Virus record (IMG/VR): IMGVR_UViG_3300017605_000956
Coordinates: 14,479-78,478 of that record
From: a virus
Length of the DNA stretch: 64,000 bases
Reading direction: 5' to 3' (one strand)
The translations under genes and the position numbers were made by a program. Positions 18,680-28,163 of this stretch are shown here, piece after piece; within the stretch, counting starts at the first letter, position 1; the number at the start of each line of letters is the position of its first letter. The notes below the pieces were generated by a model that was not told the DNA's origin, did no database searches, and worked only from the letters and a program-made list of their open reading frames with translations.

Positions 18680-19017
18680 GAAGAAGAACGATCAATCGGC
18701 CTCCGGTCCACACGTTCTCCCGCCGTCTCGTCCACGAGGCGAACGAGTACGCGAAGAGGGTGGGCCTGAAGCAGATCGACAAGGACCTGCATCTCCCGGC
18801 GTGGGAACAGCTCGAGGATATTATGGCATTGGGCGACGCCTGGAAGGTGGCTGACGTGCTGGCTCTGCACTTCACGAAGGTCTACGATCCGACCGGGAAG
18901 GTGGAGCGGCACGTGGAGGTCATGAGGAAGTTCGTGAGCGACAACAAGGAGCTGGTGGCCGAGGTCGTGTTGACCTATGTGCCTCGACCCAAGATCAAAG
19001 GGAGGAGATTTCCGTGA
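18676..19017 (+). CDS. hypothetical protein with AExxLT motif
   Basis: ..FVSDNKELVAEVVLT. Confidence 0.7.
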   Translation: MRRRTINRPPVHTFSRRLVHEANEYAKRVGLKQIDKDLHLPAWEQLEDIMALGDAWKVADVLALHFTKVYDPTGKVERHVEVMRKFVSDNKELVAEVVLTYVPRPKIKGRRFP

Positions 19018-19220
19018 AGGGGCAACTGATCCGGGCGATCCACGTCGAGGCCTCGAGGCTGTCGACGGCCGGCAGGATGATCCGGGAGGACCAGCTCGAG
19101 AAGATGGACGAGCTTTCCCTCCGGGCGCTCCTGTCGACGCTGCGGGACGCGCAGGGCGAGATAGATCGGGCGAAGAGGACGTTCCGGCCGTTTCCCGGTG
19201 GCCCCAGGATGCGAATGTAG
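19014..19220 (+). CDS. small hypothetical protein
   Basis: RBS GGAGG; coupled. Confidence 0.6.
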   Translation: MKGQLIRAIHVEASRLSTAGRMIREDQLEKMDELSLRALLSTLRDAQGEIDRAKRTFRPFPGGPRMRM

Positions 19221-19230
19221 GAGGTGGTCG

Positions 19231-19782
19231 ATGAAGCTGTGGGTCAAGATTAGAGTCCACGTCCTGTTGGCGCTTTGCGGAGTCGCGTCAACGATGCACG
19301 CCTGGAACGACGGTCGGAAGGCCGGCGTCCAGCAGAAGATCGGCGGGCCGGGAGAGTTCCGAACGGCGATCGTGGAGTGGCAGGACTTCAACACGAAGAA
19401 GGTGGTGCTGTACCTGAACGACGGGGCCAACGGGTACGCCTTCTGGATGAAGCTGGACCCGGGCTTCCTCCACTACACCGCGGCCGCGAAGGTCTTCGTA
19501 TGCGACAACGAGGACCCGGTCGACATGAAGGAGAAGCTTGACTGGGCTCGCGAGTGGTGCCGCGAGGACAAGGAAGGTCACGACTCGAGAATCATCGGTG
19601 GCGAGCTGAAGCCGCGCGCCGATGACGACGAAGCCCCGGCGGGCCTGGATGAGCGGGACTGGCACGCGATCCAGTACGACCGCGAATGCCTGGAGCAGGC
19701 GCGGAAGGACATCAGCCAGTTGGCCCTCGAACGGGATCTTCTCCGGTCGAGGCTTGAGAAGTACGAGAGCTTGAGCCGATAG
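19231..19782 (+). CDS. hypothetical protein with hydrophobic N-terminus and coiled-coil end
   Basis: RBS AGGAGG. Confidence 0.65.
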   Translation: MKLWVKIRVHVLLALCGVASTMHAWNDGRKAGVQQKIGGPGEFRTAIVEWQDFNTKKVVLYLNDGANGYAFWMKLDPGFLHYTAAAKVFVCDNEDPVDMKEKLDWAREWCREDKEGHDSRIIGGELKPRADDDEAPAGLDERDWHAIQYDRECLEQARKDISQLALERDLLRSRLEKYESLSR

Positions 19783-19792
19783 GAGGTATGGG

Positions 19793-20242
19793 ATGGGGAA
19801 GTTCAAGGCGTCGTTCGAGGGGTACTCGAACGATCTGGTCATGATGGTCGGGATGTCGATGAACGCCTGCGTGCGGAAAATCTGCGAGGAGCAGAGCTGC
19901 AAGCCCGCGAAGTCGTCGTTCCTCGTGCCCGAGACGGCGAACCCCGAGTGGCTACGGAACAACATCGCCTGGCAGGTCGCCACGGCGATCTTCGCGAAGC
20001 CCACGGAGAAGCGCAACGTCAACGAGCTGCACCGCAAGGTGCTCGAGGTCTACGCCGACGTGATCGAGGAGTGGATTCAGGAGAACAAGGCGAACCTGGC
20101 GGAGATCGGCTTCCTCTTCACGCCAGAGGACACCGTGATCCAGACCCAGTCGCCTCCGGTGCAGCACTTCGCCCCCGCGGCAGCGCCTGCGGCGCTGCCG
20201 CCGGGGATCAACGCCATCGTTTGCAGAAGGGGACGGAGATAG
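19793..20242 (+). CDS. hypothetical protein with AExxF motif
   Basis: RBS AGGAGG; ..WIQENKANLAEIGF. Confidence 0.7.
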   Translation: MGKFKASFEGYSNDLVMMVGMSMNACVRKICEEQSCKPAKSSFLVPETANPEWLRNNIAWQVATAIFAKPTEKRNVNELHRKVLEVYADVIEEWIQENKANLAEIGFLFTPEDTVIQTQSPPVQHFAPAAAPAALPPGINAIVCRRGRR

Positions 20243-20245
20243 CCG

Positions 20246-20536
20246 GTGAAGAAAGCGCAGCAACGCGGCGGGGACAGACCCGCAGCGACAACGACTAGCG
20301 CCGAGTCAAAGAAGAGGTCGACCGGATCCGGCGAAGGCAAGCCCGGAAAGGATGACTCTCGGCAGCCGGTAGGAGAACGACCGGCCGTTGCTGCGCCCTG
20401 TGATTGTCGGACGACGCACCCCGCGGCGGCGTGGAGGTGCGAGGGGTGTGGTCGATGCCTGTGGCGGCATGGGTACCATACCACGGGGATCTACTACATC
20501 TGCACGGCGTGCGGTGTTCCGAACGCCAGAGCTTAG
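20246..20536 (+). CDS. possible Zn-finger protein
   Basis: CEGC, CTAC; fills the gap between genes. Confidence 0.4.
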   Translation: MKKAQQRGGDRPAATTTSAESKKRSTGSGEGKPGKDDSRQPVGERPAVAAPCDCRTTHPAAAWRCEGCGRCLWRHGYHTTGIYYICTACGVPNARA

Positions 20537-20545
20537 GAATGGAGG

Positions 20546-21496
20546 ATGGGTGTGGGAAAGAAGCTGAAGGGAAAGTATCGGTCCTATTCGCAGTTCTCTA
20601 CTTTCGGGATGTGTCCCCGGAAGTGGCAGCTCTCGAAGAAGTTCGAGCCGAAGATCATCGCGGCGCCGCTCGCGGAGGGTGACATCTTCCACCTCGCGGT
20701 GGGCAAGATGTACGCCCAGAACGACCCCAACGCCGGGAAGGCGGTCTTCGACTTCGCGAGGAACGACTATCTCCAGCGGCTCAGTACCGCGAAGGCCAGC
20801 CAGGAGCAGATCGACCGGCTGACGGTGAAGTTCGCCGCCCTCGAGGCCATGATCACCTGCTACGCGAAGTCGATCTTCTCGATGGACATGACGCGGTTCG
20901 AGGTGCTCGAGACGGAGAAGGAATTCCGGGTGAAGGCCGGCCCCGGCCTGGTGCTCGGAGGGTTCATCGACGGGATCTGGCGCGACAAGCAGAGCGGGGT
21001 GCGCTTCATCGTGGAGCATAAATACAAATCTGCACACGAGCCAGAGCTTATGCCCCTTGACTTGCAAGTCTCGCTCTATACACTGGCACTTCTCGAGGAA
21101 TATGGACCCCTTCCCACGCTCTACAACGTCGCGCTGAAGCCAGCGAACCGGCAGGGGAAAAACGAGACGACTGCCGAGTTCGTAACGAGGCTGACTGCCT
21201 CGATCGACGAGGAGATGCAGGCCTTCCGGTGGACGCCGGGAGACTTCAAGGAGAAGAGGTTCGTCAGGCAGACGTATTCGAGAGGACGAGCAGAGCTCAC
21301 CGCGGCGCTGTCGCAGATCAGGACGCAGCACAAGGCGATGACGGCCGTGGCGAGGACGGGAGAGGCATGGCGCAACGTCGGGGACCACTGCCTGTGGATG
21401 TGCCCGTTCAAGAACATCTGCATCGAGGAAGACGCTCTCGTGATTGATCGGTTCTTCGACCGGAAGGACTTGGGGAAGCCCGCGCCGGCGAAGTAG
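20546..21496 (+). CDS. PD-(D/E)XK exonuclease, Cas4/RecB-like with four Fe-S Cys
   Basis: SYSQ..CPRKW, GxxFH, GFIDG, IVEHK, CLWMCPFKNIC. Confidence 0.88.
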   Translation: MGVGKKLKGKYRSYSQFSTFGMCPRKWQLSKKFEPKIIAAPLAEGDIFHLAVGKMYAQNDPNAGKAVFDFARNDYLQRLSTAKASQEQIDRLTVKFAALEAMITCYAKSIFSMDMTRFEVLETEKEFRVKAGPGLVLGGFIDGIWRDKQSGVRFIVEHKYKSAHEPELMPLDLQVSLYTLALLEEYGPLPTLYNVALKPANRQGKNETTAEFVTRLTASIDEEMQAFRWTPGDFKEKRFVRQTYSRGRAELTAALSQIRTQHKAMTAVARTGEAWRNVGDHCLWMCPFKNICIEEDALVIDRFFDRKDLGKPAPAK

Positions 21497-21529
21497 GGGT
21501 AGAGGTTCGGTTTTCGAGGGAAGGACGAC

Positions 21530-21799
21530 ATGGACGCAATCACAGCATCTCAGTCTCCCGCTATCGACGGAGTGCTGCTCTTCGACCTGTTTTCGATCAG
21601 GACGAGCGAGCCGTTCCTGGTGATGTACGGGATCTCCGCCGCCTTCGGGTACAAGCCCACCGCGGATCAGGTGAAGCTGATCCGGAAGAACATGGGCAAC
21701 CGCGCCATCTTCGAGAAGTGGGAGAAGCTCGGCCAGGAGATGAAGGCCGGGACGCGCCCCTTCCCCGAGTGGCTGACGAAGGTGGAGGCGGTGCGATGA
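21530..21799 (+). CDS. hypothetical protein
   Basis: RBS AAGGA. Confidence 0.6.
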   Translation: MDAITASQSPAIDGVLLFDLFSIRTSEPFLVMYGISAAFGYKPTADQVKLIRKNMGNRAIFEKWEKLGQEMKAGTRPFPEWLTKVEAVR

Positions 21800-22065
21800 A
21801 CGGAAAACTGTTCCAGAACTTCTCGGGCGTCATCCCGCAGCACGCCCAGGTGAAGGGGTCGGGCAATACGATGTCGAACGCGACGTCGGACACGCCCTTC
21901 TTGACGCTCGGGCTCTACTCGGATTCTGACGGCTCGGGGACCGTCCCGTGGCTGCTGTGCCTGCTCCAGGGCGGCCAGGTGGTCTCGGTTCGGGCGACTG
22001 ACGTGTGCATCGAGATGACGGATGAGATGAAAAAGTCGCTGGCCGAAGTGGTGCTGAAGTCATGA
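21796..22065 (+). CDS. small beta protein with C-terminal AExxL motif (paralog of the next gene)
   Basis: ..MKKSLAEVVLKS*. Confidence 0.65.
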   Translation: MNGKLFQNFSGVIPQHAQVKGSGNTMSNATSDTPFLTLGLYSDSDGSGTVPWLLCLLQGGQVVSVRATDVCIEMTDEMKKSLAEVVLKS

Positions 22066-22280
22066 CGTTCTCGAGGCCGCTTCCGGGGATCGTGAACATC
22101 AACAGGGAGCCTGAAGCCGTGGCCGTACTCGGGGTCGAGTCCGGGTCGAGCGGAGGCATCGCGATCGTGTGCCTCAACGGCAAGGGCCAGATATTCACGA
22201 TGCCGCCCGGCTCGGTGAAGGTGCTGGTGGATAAAGAGCTCCGCGAGTGTATCGCGGAAGCAGAGTTGCAGAAACCCTAG
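22062..22280 (+). CDS. small beta protein with C-terminal AExxL motif
   Basis: ..LRECIAEAELQKP*. Confidence 0.65.
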   Translation: MTFSRPLPGIVNINREPEAVAVLGVESGSSGGIAIVCLNGKGQIFTMPPGSVKVLVDKELRECIAEAELQKP

Positions 22281-22297
22281 TTGGAGGAGGTGGAAGC

Positions 22298-23050
22298 GTG
22301 GATTTCGACACGTACCTGTCCCAGTGGACCTTCTTGAAGACGTTCGTGAAGGGTCCTCCGGGCAGCGGCAAGACGTTCTTTGCCGCTCAGATGACGCACC
22401 TGTGGAGGACGCTCTACATCGACGTGGAAGGCGGCCTGTTCAGCGCCTTCCCCACGGTGAAGCGGGACAACATCGAAGTCCGGCTGATCCGTGAGCCCGA
22501 GCCGAAAGAGTTCTTCGAGAAGCTCGGGGACGCGGTGGGCGAGGCCGAGAGCGGGAAGTACGAAGCCGTGGTGGTCGACTCCCTGACCGAGATTTCGGGC
22601 AGGATGGAAGACGACTACGCGCAGAAGTCCGCGAGCGGCAAGCTCGAGTTCGGGGCCTGGTACGAGCTCCAGGAGCGGCTCCGTCGTATGTGCCGCCGGC
22701 TCAAGGACCTGAACTGCCACGTCTGCGTCACGAGCCTGACGAAGCCCCAGGGCGGGGACAAGGCGGAAGCGGCGTTCGAGCCGGTGTTCCCCGGCCAGAG
22801 CGCGACCGTCATCCCCAGCTTCTTCGACACCGTCGGGCTCATGCGGAAGTCGTCGACCAAGACCGGGTCCGAGTTCGTCTTCACGACGGACGGCCCCGCG
22901 ATCTACCAGGTGCGCGATCGGTACCGGGCTCTCCGGCCGGAGGAGCGCGTGTCCGAGAAGGACCCGCTCGCGGTCTGGAAGAAGCTCAAGGACGGCATCG
23001 TCTCGATGGCGAGCAGCGGAAAGGAGGCCCAGACGGCAAGCGCGAAATAG
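22298..23050 (+). CDS. AAA_24 / Sak4-like P-loop ATPase (single-strand annealing)
   Basis: Walker A GPPGSGKT, IDVEGG, Walker B VVVDS; lies between exonuclease and SSB. Confidence 0.85.
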   Translation: MDFDTYLSQWTFLKTFVKGPPGSGKTFFAAQMTHLWRTLYIDVEGGLFSAFPTVKRDNIEVRLIREPEPKEFFEKLGDAVGEAESGKYEAVVVDSLTEISGRMEDDYAQKSASGKLEFGAWYELQERLRRMCRRLKDLNCHVCVTSLTKPQGGDKAEAAFEPVFPGQSATVIPSFFDTVGLMRKSSTKTGSEFVFTTDGPAIYQVRDRYRALRPEERVSEKDPLAVWKKLKDGIVSMASSGKEAQTASAK

Positions 23051-23123
23051 AGAGCGTTTCGCGGCCTCGCCTGTCGCGAGGCCGCTGGGGTTTGAGAGAA
23101 ACGAAATTCGGAGACACGCGACC

Positions 23124-23669
23124 ATGGCAAAGTTCACGACCGATCCGAGCGAGAAGTGGAAGTCCGTTCCCAAGGGCGAGTACAACGTGATGATCACCAA
23201 GGCCGAGATCAAGGAGTCCCGGCCCGACAAGAACGACCCGTCGAAGGAGAAGTTCCCCTACATCGAGGTCTCGATGCAGATCCTCGACGGCGAGTACACC
23301 GGAGAAGTCGTCTCGGACCGGCTCTCGCTGTCGCCCAAGGCGAAGCCCCGGCTCAACGGGTTCCTCTACGCCGCGAACCTGGCGGCCGCGGACGCGAAGG
23401 GCGAGATGGAGTTCGACACCGACGACTTCGTCAACAAGTGCCTGACCGTCAAGGGCGACGTCGAGGTCTTCAACGGCCAGGAGCGGTTCCGGCCGTCGAG
23501 CTTCAAGCAGCACCCGGACGTGGCGCGCACGAACGAGGCCCAGGCGGCGGGAACGCCCCCGGCCCCGGCGCCCACGCCGACCGGCGCTGCTCCCGCTCCG
23601 GCCCCGGCGGCGCGTCCGGCTCCCGCTCCGGCGCGTCCCGCCCCGGCTCCGGCCCGGAGGCCCATCTAG
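23124..23669 (+). CDS. DUF669-like single-stranded DNA-binding protein
   Basis: VPKGEYNVMI, ILDGEYTG; Pro/Ala tail; follows the Sak4-like gene. Confidence 0.8.
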   Translation: MAKFTTDPSEKWKSVPKGEYNVMITKAEIKESRPDKNDPSKEKFPYIEVSMQILDGEYTGEVVSDRLSLSPKAKPRLNGFLYAANLAAADAKGEMEFDTDDFVNKCLTVKGDVEVFNGQERFRPSSFKQHPDVARTNEAQAAGTPPAPAPTPTGAAPAPAPAARPAPAPARPAPAPARRPI

Positions 23670-23689
23670 TTCTCCCAGGCGGTTCCTCA

Positions 23690-23720
23690 TGCTGCCAGCG
23701 GGCTCTGCCCGCTGGCAGCA
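23690..23720. repeat. perfect 14-bp hairpin with triloop
   Basis: TGCTGCCAGCGGGC-TCT-GCCCGCTGGCAGCA. Confidence 0.85.
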
Positions 23721-23781
23721 CCGGAGGCGCCTTGGGGAAACGGGGCGCGGTTTTCGAGTCGCGAGTTGAGAGGGTAGAGAG

Positions 23782-23958
23782 ATGGGGCTTGAGGTGACGT
23801 CGGAGGACCCGGACGAATTGATCCGGATCGCGGTGCGCCTGTGGGGGCGCATCAAGGAATCGAAGGACAAGACGAGGACGCTGGAAATGGAGCTGGCGAA
23901 GATCGAGGACAAGATCGCGCTCAAGATGCCAGGGAATCGGGAGGCGGCAAGTGCTTAG
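23782..23958 (+). CDS. 58-aa coiled-coil protein
   Basis: Not in track; MGLEVTSEDPDELIRIAVRLWGRIKE.. Confidence 0.55.
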   Translation: MGLEVTSEDPDELIRIAVRLWGRIKESKDKTRTLEMELAKIEDKIALKMPGNREAASA

Positions 23959-24943
23959 GTTCGCGGACTTTCTATCGAAGGCGCATTCGGTCTTCGACAA
24001 GGCCGACTGGGTCGATCCCGACCTGAAGATCCCGCCGCTGTCGGAGAGCCACGTCTTCCTGCTCGGGGAGGACGCGGACTTCAACGAGGCGCTGAAGGAG
24101 ATCGACCGGGACCTGCTGGACGAGATGAAGGATGGCGTGCCGCTCCCCTTCAACGACGTCGCGGTCTGCTCGCTCGTTCGCAAGCCGATGGACCCGCAGC
24201 GCGAGATGGAGCTGCACAACACAGTGAAGGAGATGTGGCCCACGAAGGTCGAGGTGTCGGGCGATCTGATCGTCGCCTCCGGCGGAAAGCCGGTATGGGT
24301 GATGGACCGGCTGATCCAGGTCGACGTGAGCCACCCCGCGGTGCAGGAGATCGTCCGCGCGCCCGGCTCTGGCCCGATCGACAGGGTCAAGCAGTGGTTC
24401 GTCATGATCCGGTACCACGGGGTCGAGGGCATGAAGAATATGCCGATGGCGTGGGCCTTCGGCTACGCCGGTGTCGGCCAGCGAGGGGACCTGAGCGTCG
24501 TCGCGCTCTCCATCGCCTCGCCCCTCTGCAACGAAATGTGCGAGAGCATGAGGTACATCGCGGCGATCTCGCACCCGGCGAACTACGTCGTCCGCGTGAC
24601 GCCGGAGCTGACGCCAAGGGAGAGACGCCGCGTGACCGAAGGCAAGCAGGTTCCCCGAGAGAAGACCCCGCACTTCATCGTGTGCGACCACGAGGTGATC
24701 GTCGGACTGCGGCGGGACCCCGTCACGAAGCACGCGAGCCCGGTACCCCACGAGAGGCGCGGCCACTGGGCTCGCCTGGCGGAGCGGTGCCGGCACGCCC
24801 GCCTGCTCGGGAAGGACAAGGTGTGGAAGCGGCCCACGTTCGTTGGTGAGCGAACTTTCCGTGACGAAAAGAACCTTTACGAGGTACTCTTGGATTTCGG
24901 GAAACGAGATAATGTGAATTCCGGTATGGGGACGCCCCAATGA
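23951..24943 (+). CDS. phage protein with HxRRGHW motif
   Basis: SPVPHERRGHW..VWKRPTFVG. Confidence 0.7.
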   Translation: MLRFADFLSKAHSVFDKADWVDPDLKIPPLSESHVFLLGEDADFNEALKEIDRDLLDEMKDGVPLPFNDVAVCSLVRKPMDPQREMELHNTVKEMWPTKVEVSGDLIVASGGKPVWVMDRLIQVDVSHPAVQEIVRAPGSGPIDRVKQWFVMIRYHGVEGMKNMPMAWAFGYAGVGQRGDLSVVALSIASPLCNEMCESMRYIAAISHPANYVVRVTPELTPRERRRVTEGKQVPREKTPHFIVCDHEVIVGLRRDPVTKHASPVPHERRGHWARLAERCRHARLLGKDKVWKRPTFVGERTFRDEKNLYEVLLDFGKRDNVNSGMGTPQ

Positions 24944-25539
24944 CGCTACCGGTATCGGTTGTGATCCCCCACCTGAAGACTCGCGAGGAGTTCTTCCACA
25001 CGGTCTGCCTGCCCTCGGTTGAGGCGGCCAGGCCCGCGCAGATCATCGTGGTGGATCGCGAGGGTGGGGCTGCGGAGAAGCGCAACGAAGGGGCCGCCAA
25101 GGCTCGCTTCCCGTACCTGATCTTCCTCGACGACGACGCGGAGCTCGAGCTGGGCGCTCTCGATGTCGCGCTCCACTGGCTCGGCGTGGACCCGGGCGCA
25201 GCGTTCGCCTACGGCGACACGCGCTTCGTATCGCACGTGCATCCCGTGGGGGAGTTCACCAAGGTCGCCGTCGGGTGGAACGCGGAGACGCTCCGCCGAT
25301 CGAACTTCATCGACGTGACGGCGCTGATCCGGACTGAGAAGTTCCCTGGCTTCGATGTGAGAGTGAGGCGGTTCCAGGACTGGGATCTCTGGCTCACCAT
25401 GGCGGCGCGCGGCGATCGCGGGGTGTACTGCCGGCGCGCGCTCCACCGCACCCACCGGCTGTCGAACGAGAGGATTTCGGAGAGGGAAGACTACGACATG
25501 AATTCGGAGTTCGTGAAACGTAAGCACGGTATTTCGTAG
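24940..25539 (+). CDS. GT2 glycosyltransferase
   Basis: VSVVIP, RNEGA, FLDDD (DXD), QDWDLWL. Confidence 0.9.
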   Translation: MTLPVSVVIPHLKTREEFFHTVCLPSVEAARPAQIIVVDREGGAAEKRNEGAAKARFPYLIFLDDDAELELGALDVALHWLGVDPGAAFAYGDTRFVSHVHPVGEFTKVAVGWNAETLRRSNFIDVTALIRTEKFPGFDVRVRRFQDWDLWLTMAARGDRGVYCRRALHRTHRLSNERISEREDYDMNSEFVKRKHGIS

Positions 25540-25561
25540 GCCACTTTTTCTGGAGGACGGC

Positions 25562-27205
25562 ATGACCGAGGTCAAGGACGCAACCCCGCGAGAAGTGCTC
25601 GCGGAGGTCAACTTCGAGGAGATCGAGCTCTCGAAGCTGATCGAGTCGCGGAGGAATCCGCGAAAGGCATTCGACGCGACGGCCATGAGGGGGCTGGTCG
25701 AGTCGATCAAGAGGTACGGGGTGCTCACGCCGCTGATCGTGAGGGCGGTGGGAAACGACGGGAAATTCGAGATCCTGGCTGGCGCCAGGCGCAGCAGGGC
25801 ATCGAGAGAGGCGGGCCTCGAAAAGGTTCCGTGTCGCGTCATCGAGGCTGAGAACGATCTCGCCTTGGACGTGATCGTCGTCGAGAACCTCCAGCGGCAG
25901 AACGTCCACCCCCTCGAGGAGGCGGACAGCTTCGCTGAGATCCTCGAGCTCTCCGGTGGCGATCTCCATGGCCTGTGCAACAAGGTCGGCAAGGACAGGC
26001 CCTACGTCATGAAGCGACTGGCCCTCAACAAGCTGGTCGATTCGGGCAAGAAGATGTTCCTCCAGGGCAAGATGTCGGAGGGACACGCGATGCTGATCTC
26101 GCGGCTCACGCCCGAGGACCAGAAGGACGCGATGGAGTACCTCGAGAACGACGAGCCTTCGGTCACGATCATGCGGGAGTGGATTGAGTCGACGCTGATG
26201 CTCGACCTCGCGAAGGCGGGCTTCTCGAAGACGGATCCGGCGCTGGACAAGAAGGCCGGTCCCTGCACGACGTGCCCCAAGCGGACTGGCTGCTCGAAGG
26301 ACCTCTTCGACGACATCAAGAGCGGGGACCGCTGCACCGATGTCGAGTGCTTCCAGGGCAAGATGCGGGCGCACATCACCCAGCTCGAGAACGCCCTCCG
26401 CGGGAAGGGCTACAAGGTGTACGGCGTCTACGAGAGCTATCAGTCGAAGCCCGGGAAGGGCACGCTGGCATCGGGCCAGTGGGTCGAGATCAAGAAGAAG
26501 GACTTCTGCGACAACGCGGCGAAGATGATCATCCTCGACCAACCCCGTGCCGGCCACTACGTCGACGGATGCGCCAACCTGGAGAACTGCAAGATCCACG
26601 GGCGGACCGGGATGCACGGCTCGAACTCCACCATGCAGGAGCAGACGCGAAAGCAGGTCCTCGCCAACAAGATCGAGGCCGAGGTTCGCCTTCGGACCTT
26701 CAAGCTGATCTACGAGAAGCAGGAGAAGCTGACCGTCTCCGACAAGAGGCTGCTGGCCGAACACTGCTTCAGTCGCCTCTGGTTCGGAGCCAAGGTGCGG
26801 CTCTGCCGGGCGCTGGGCATCGAGCCCAAGGTGTCGAAGATCGGCGGCAAGGACTACGAGACGCCCTTCTCGAGAGTGGTGACCGAGGCGGTGAAGGAAG
26901 AGACGCTCGACAAGCTGCTCATCTCTCTGGCGTGTGGCGGCGATCTCGACCCGAACTACCGGCACGCCGAGAACATCGACTTCTACGCCAACAAGCTCAA
27001 GCTGGACGTGAAGGCCATCGAGACGGAGGTCAAAGCGTCCTTCGAGAAGAAGTCGAAGAAGATGCCCAAGGAGAAGCCCATCGAGGCTGAGGGCAAGAAG
27101 CCGAAGAAGGCCAAGGCGAAATCTGTGGCGAAGGCCCAGACGAAGCCCATGGAGGTCGATCCCCTGGAGCACAGCGAGGGCATGGGGGATGACCTTCCGG
27201 AGTAG
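25562..27205 (+). CDS. parB: ParB/RepB/Spo0J-family protein
   Basis: NPRK.F, SIK.YGVLTPLIVR, AGARR, ENLQR, HTH. Confidence 0.9.
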   Translation: MTEVKDATPREVLAEVNFEEIELSKLIESRRNPRKAFDATAMRGLVESIKRYGVLTPLIVRAVGNDGKFEILAGARRSRASREAGLEKVPCRVIEAENDLALDVIVVENLQRQNVHPLEEADSFAEILELSGGDLHGLCNKVGKDRPYVMKRLALNKLVDSGKKMFLQGKMSEGHAMLISRLTPEDQKDAMEYLENDEPSVTIMREWIESTLMLDLAKAGFSKTDPALDKKAGPCTTCPKRTGCSKDLFDDIKSGDRCTDVECFQGKMRAHITQLENALRGKGYKVYGVYESYQSKPGKGTLASGQWVEIKKKDFCDNAAKMIILDQPRAGHYVDGCANLENCKIHGRTGMHGSNSTMQEQTRKQVLANKIEAEVRLRTFKLIYEKQEKLTVSDKRLLAEHCFSRLWFGAKVRLCRALGIEPKVSKIGGKDYETPFSRVVTEAVKEETLDKLLISLACGGDLDPNYRHAENIDFYANKLKLDVKAIETEVKASFEKKSKKMPKEKPIEAEGKKPKKAKAKSVAKAQTKPMEVDPLEHSEGMGDDLPE

Positions 27206-27265
27206 CGTACGGCGCCTGGCTTTGGACTGAGGGGAACGTAGCCCGGCCGGTGTGCCACGGAAGAC

Positions 27266-27829
27266 GTGTCGCGCCGGCCGGCCAAAATTCGAGTCGAGGA
27301 CGAGATGAACGAGGACGAAAGGCACGAGGTGTTCAAGTGGCTCCTGAAGAAGAGCTTTTTCTACCAGGGGCTAGTTTGGTGTTACCTACGCGGAAATGAT
27401 GTCCCAGCGATTCTCGGAAAGATGCAGGTCTGGGAAAAGAACCCCGGCCGGAAGTTCTTCGACGAAGACGGCGGCGACATCATGGTGGGGGACCTGATCA
27501 TCGAGGTGAAGAGCATCGGGCTTGAGTTCACCTGCGTAGACGACTACCCCTACGGAGACGTGGTCGTCGACAACATCGGGCAGCACGACGAGAAGGTTCG
27601 CAAGGGCTACTGCCCGAACATCTACGTCTTCGTGTCTCAGGTTACCGGCGCGATGATCTGGACCTCGGTGAAGGAGTGGAAGCACGAGTGGCAGAAGAAG
27701 GTAATTCCGCACAGGTGGACAAAGGAGATGAGGCACGTTTACACCTGTTGGAAAAGCCACTGCAATCCGATCAGGGCGCTGGTGAGTGACCTGAAAGACA
27801 TCTTGGGAGATCAGGCGGTAGCAGGATGA
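27266..27829 (+). CDS. restriction-endonuclease-fold (PD-(D/E)XK) protein
   Basis: DGGDI....IEVK; lower GC than flanks. Confidence 0.65.
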   Translation: MSRRPAKIRVEDEMNEDERHEVFKWLLKKSFFYQGLVWCYLRGNDVPAILGKMQVWEKNPGRKFFDEDGGDIMVGDLIIEVKSIGLEFTCVDDYPYGDVVVDNIGQHDEKVRKGYCPNIYVFVSQVTGAMIWTSVKEWKHEWQKKVIPHRWTKEMRHVYTCWKSHCNPIRALVSDLKDILGDQAVAG

Positions 27830-28134
27830 ATGCGGCGTGGCTGGATGGCGAGTTCTCTCGCGGAGGGCCGGAATGGAAGCTGGTGATCCGGTGGACCCAT
27901 TTCGTCGCGAGGAAGAAGCAGGGAATCACTTCCAGCGAGAGGCACACGTGGAACAAGGGCGTGGTCAACGTCTCGGTCAAGTTCATGGCGCAGGCAATCA
28001 AGAAGGGTGAGATCGTGCTCCTGCCCGAAGCGTTCGGGCGGGGCATGAGCACTTGGGAGCTGCTGAGGGCGTGGTGGCCGGAGTTCATGCAAACAGAAAA
28101 GGAGCTGATCGCAGAGCTGGTGTTGACGCGGTAG
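27826..28134 (+). CDS. hypothetical protein with C-terminal AExxLT motif
   Basis: ..FMQTEKELIAELVLTR*. Confidence 0.7.
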   Translation: MNAAWLDGEFSRGGPEWKLVIRWTHFVARKKQGITSSERHTWNKGVVNVSVKFMAQAIKKGEIVLLPEAFGRGMSTWELLRAWWPEFMQTEKELIAELVLTR

Positions 28135-28163
28135 AGGCAGGGTTAGAGAGAGGATTCGGCATC

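Noticed and set aside
20546-21496. Cas4-like gene as part of a CRISPR-Cas system
   Set aside because: Context is Sak4 + SSB recombination; no cas1/cas2 or array
27266-27829. Complete restriction-modification system
   Set aside because: The nuclease is not adjacent to any of the three methyltransferases
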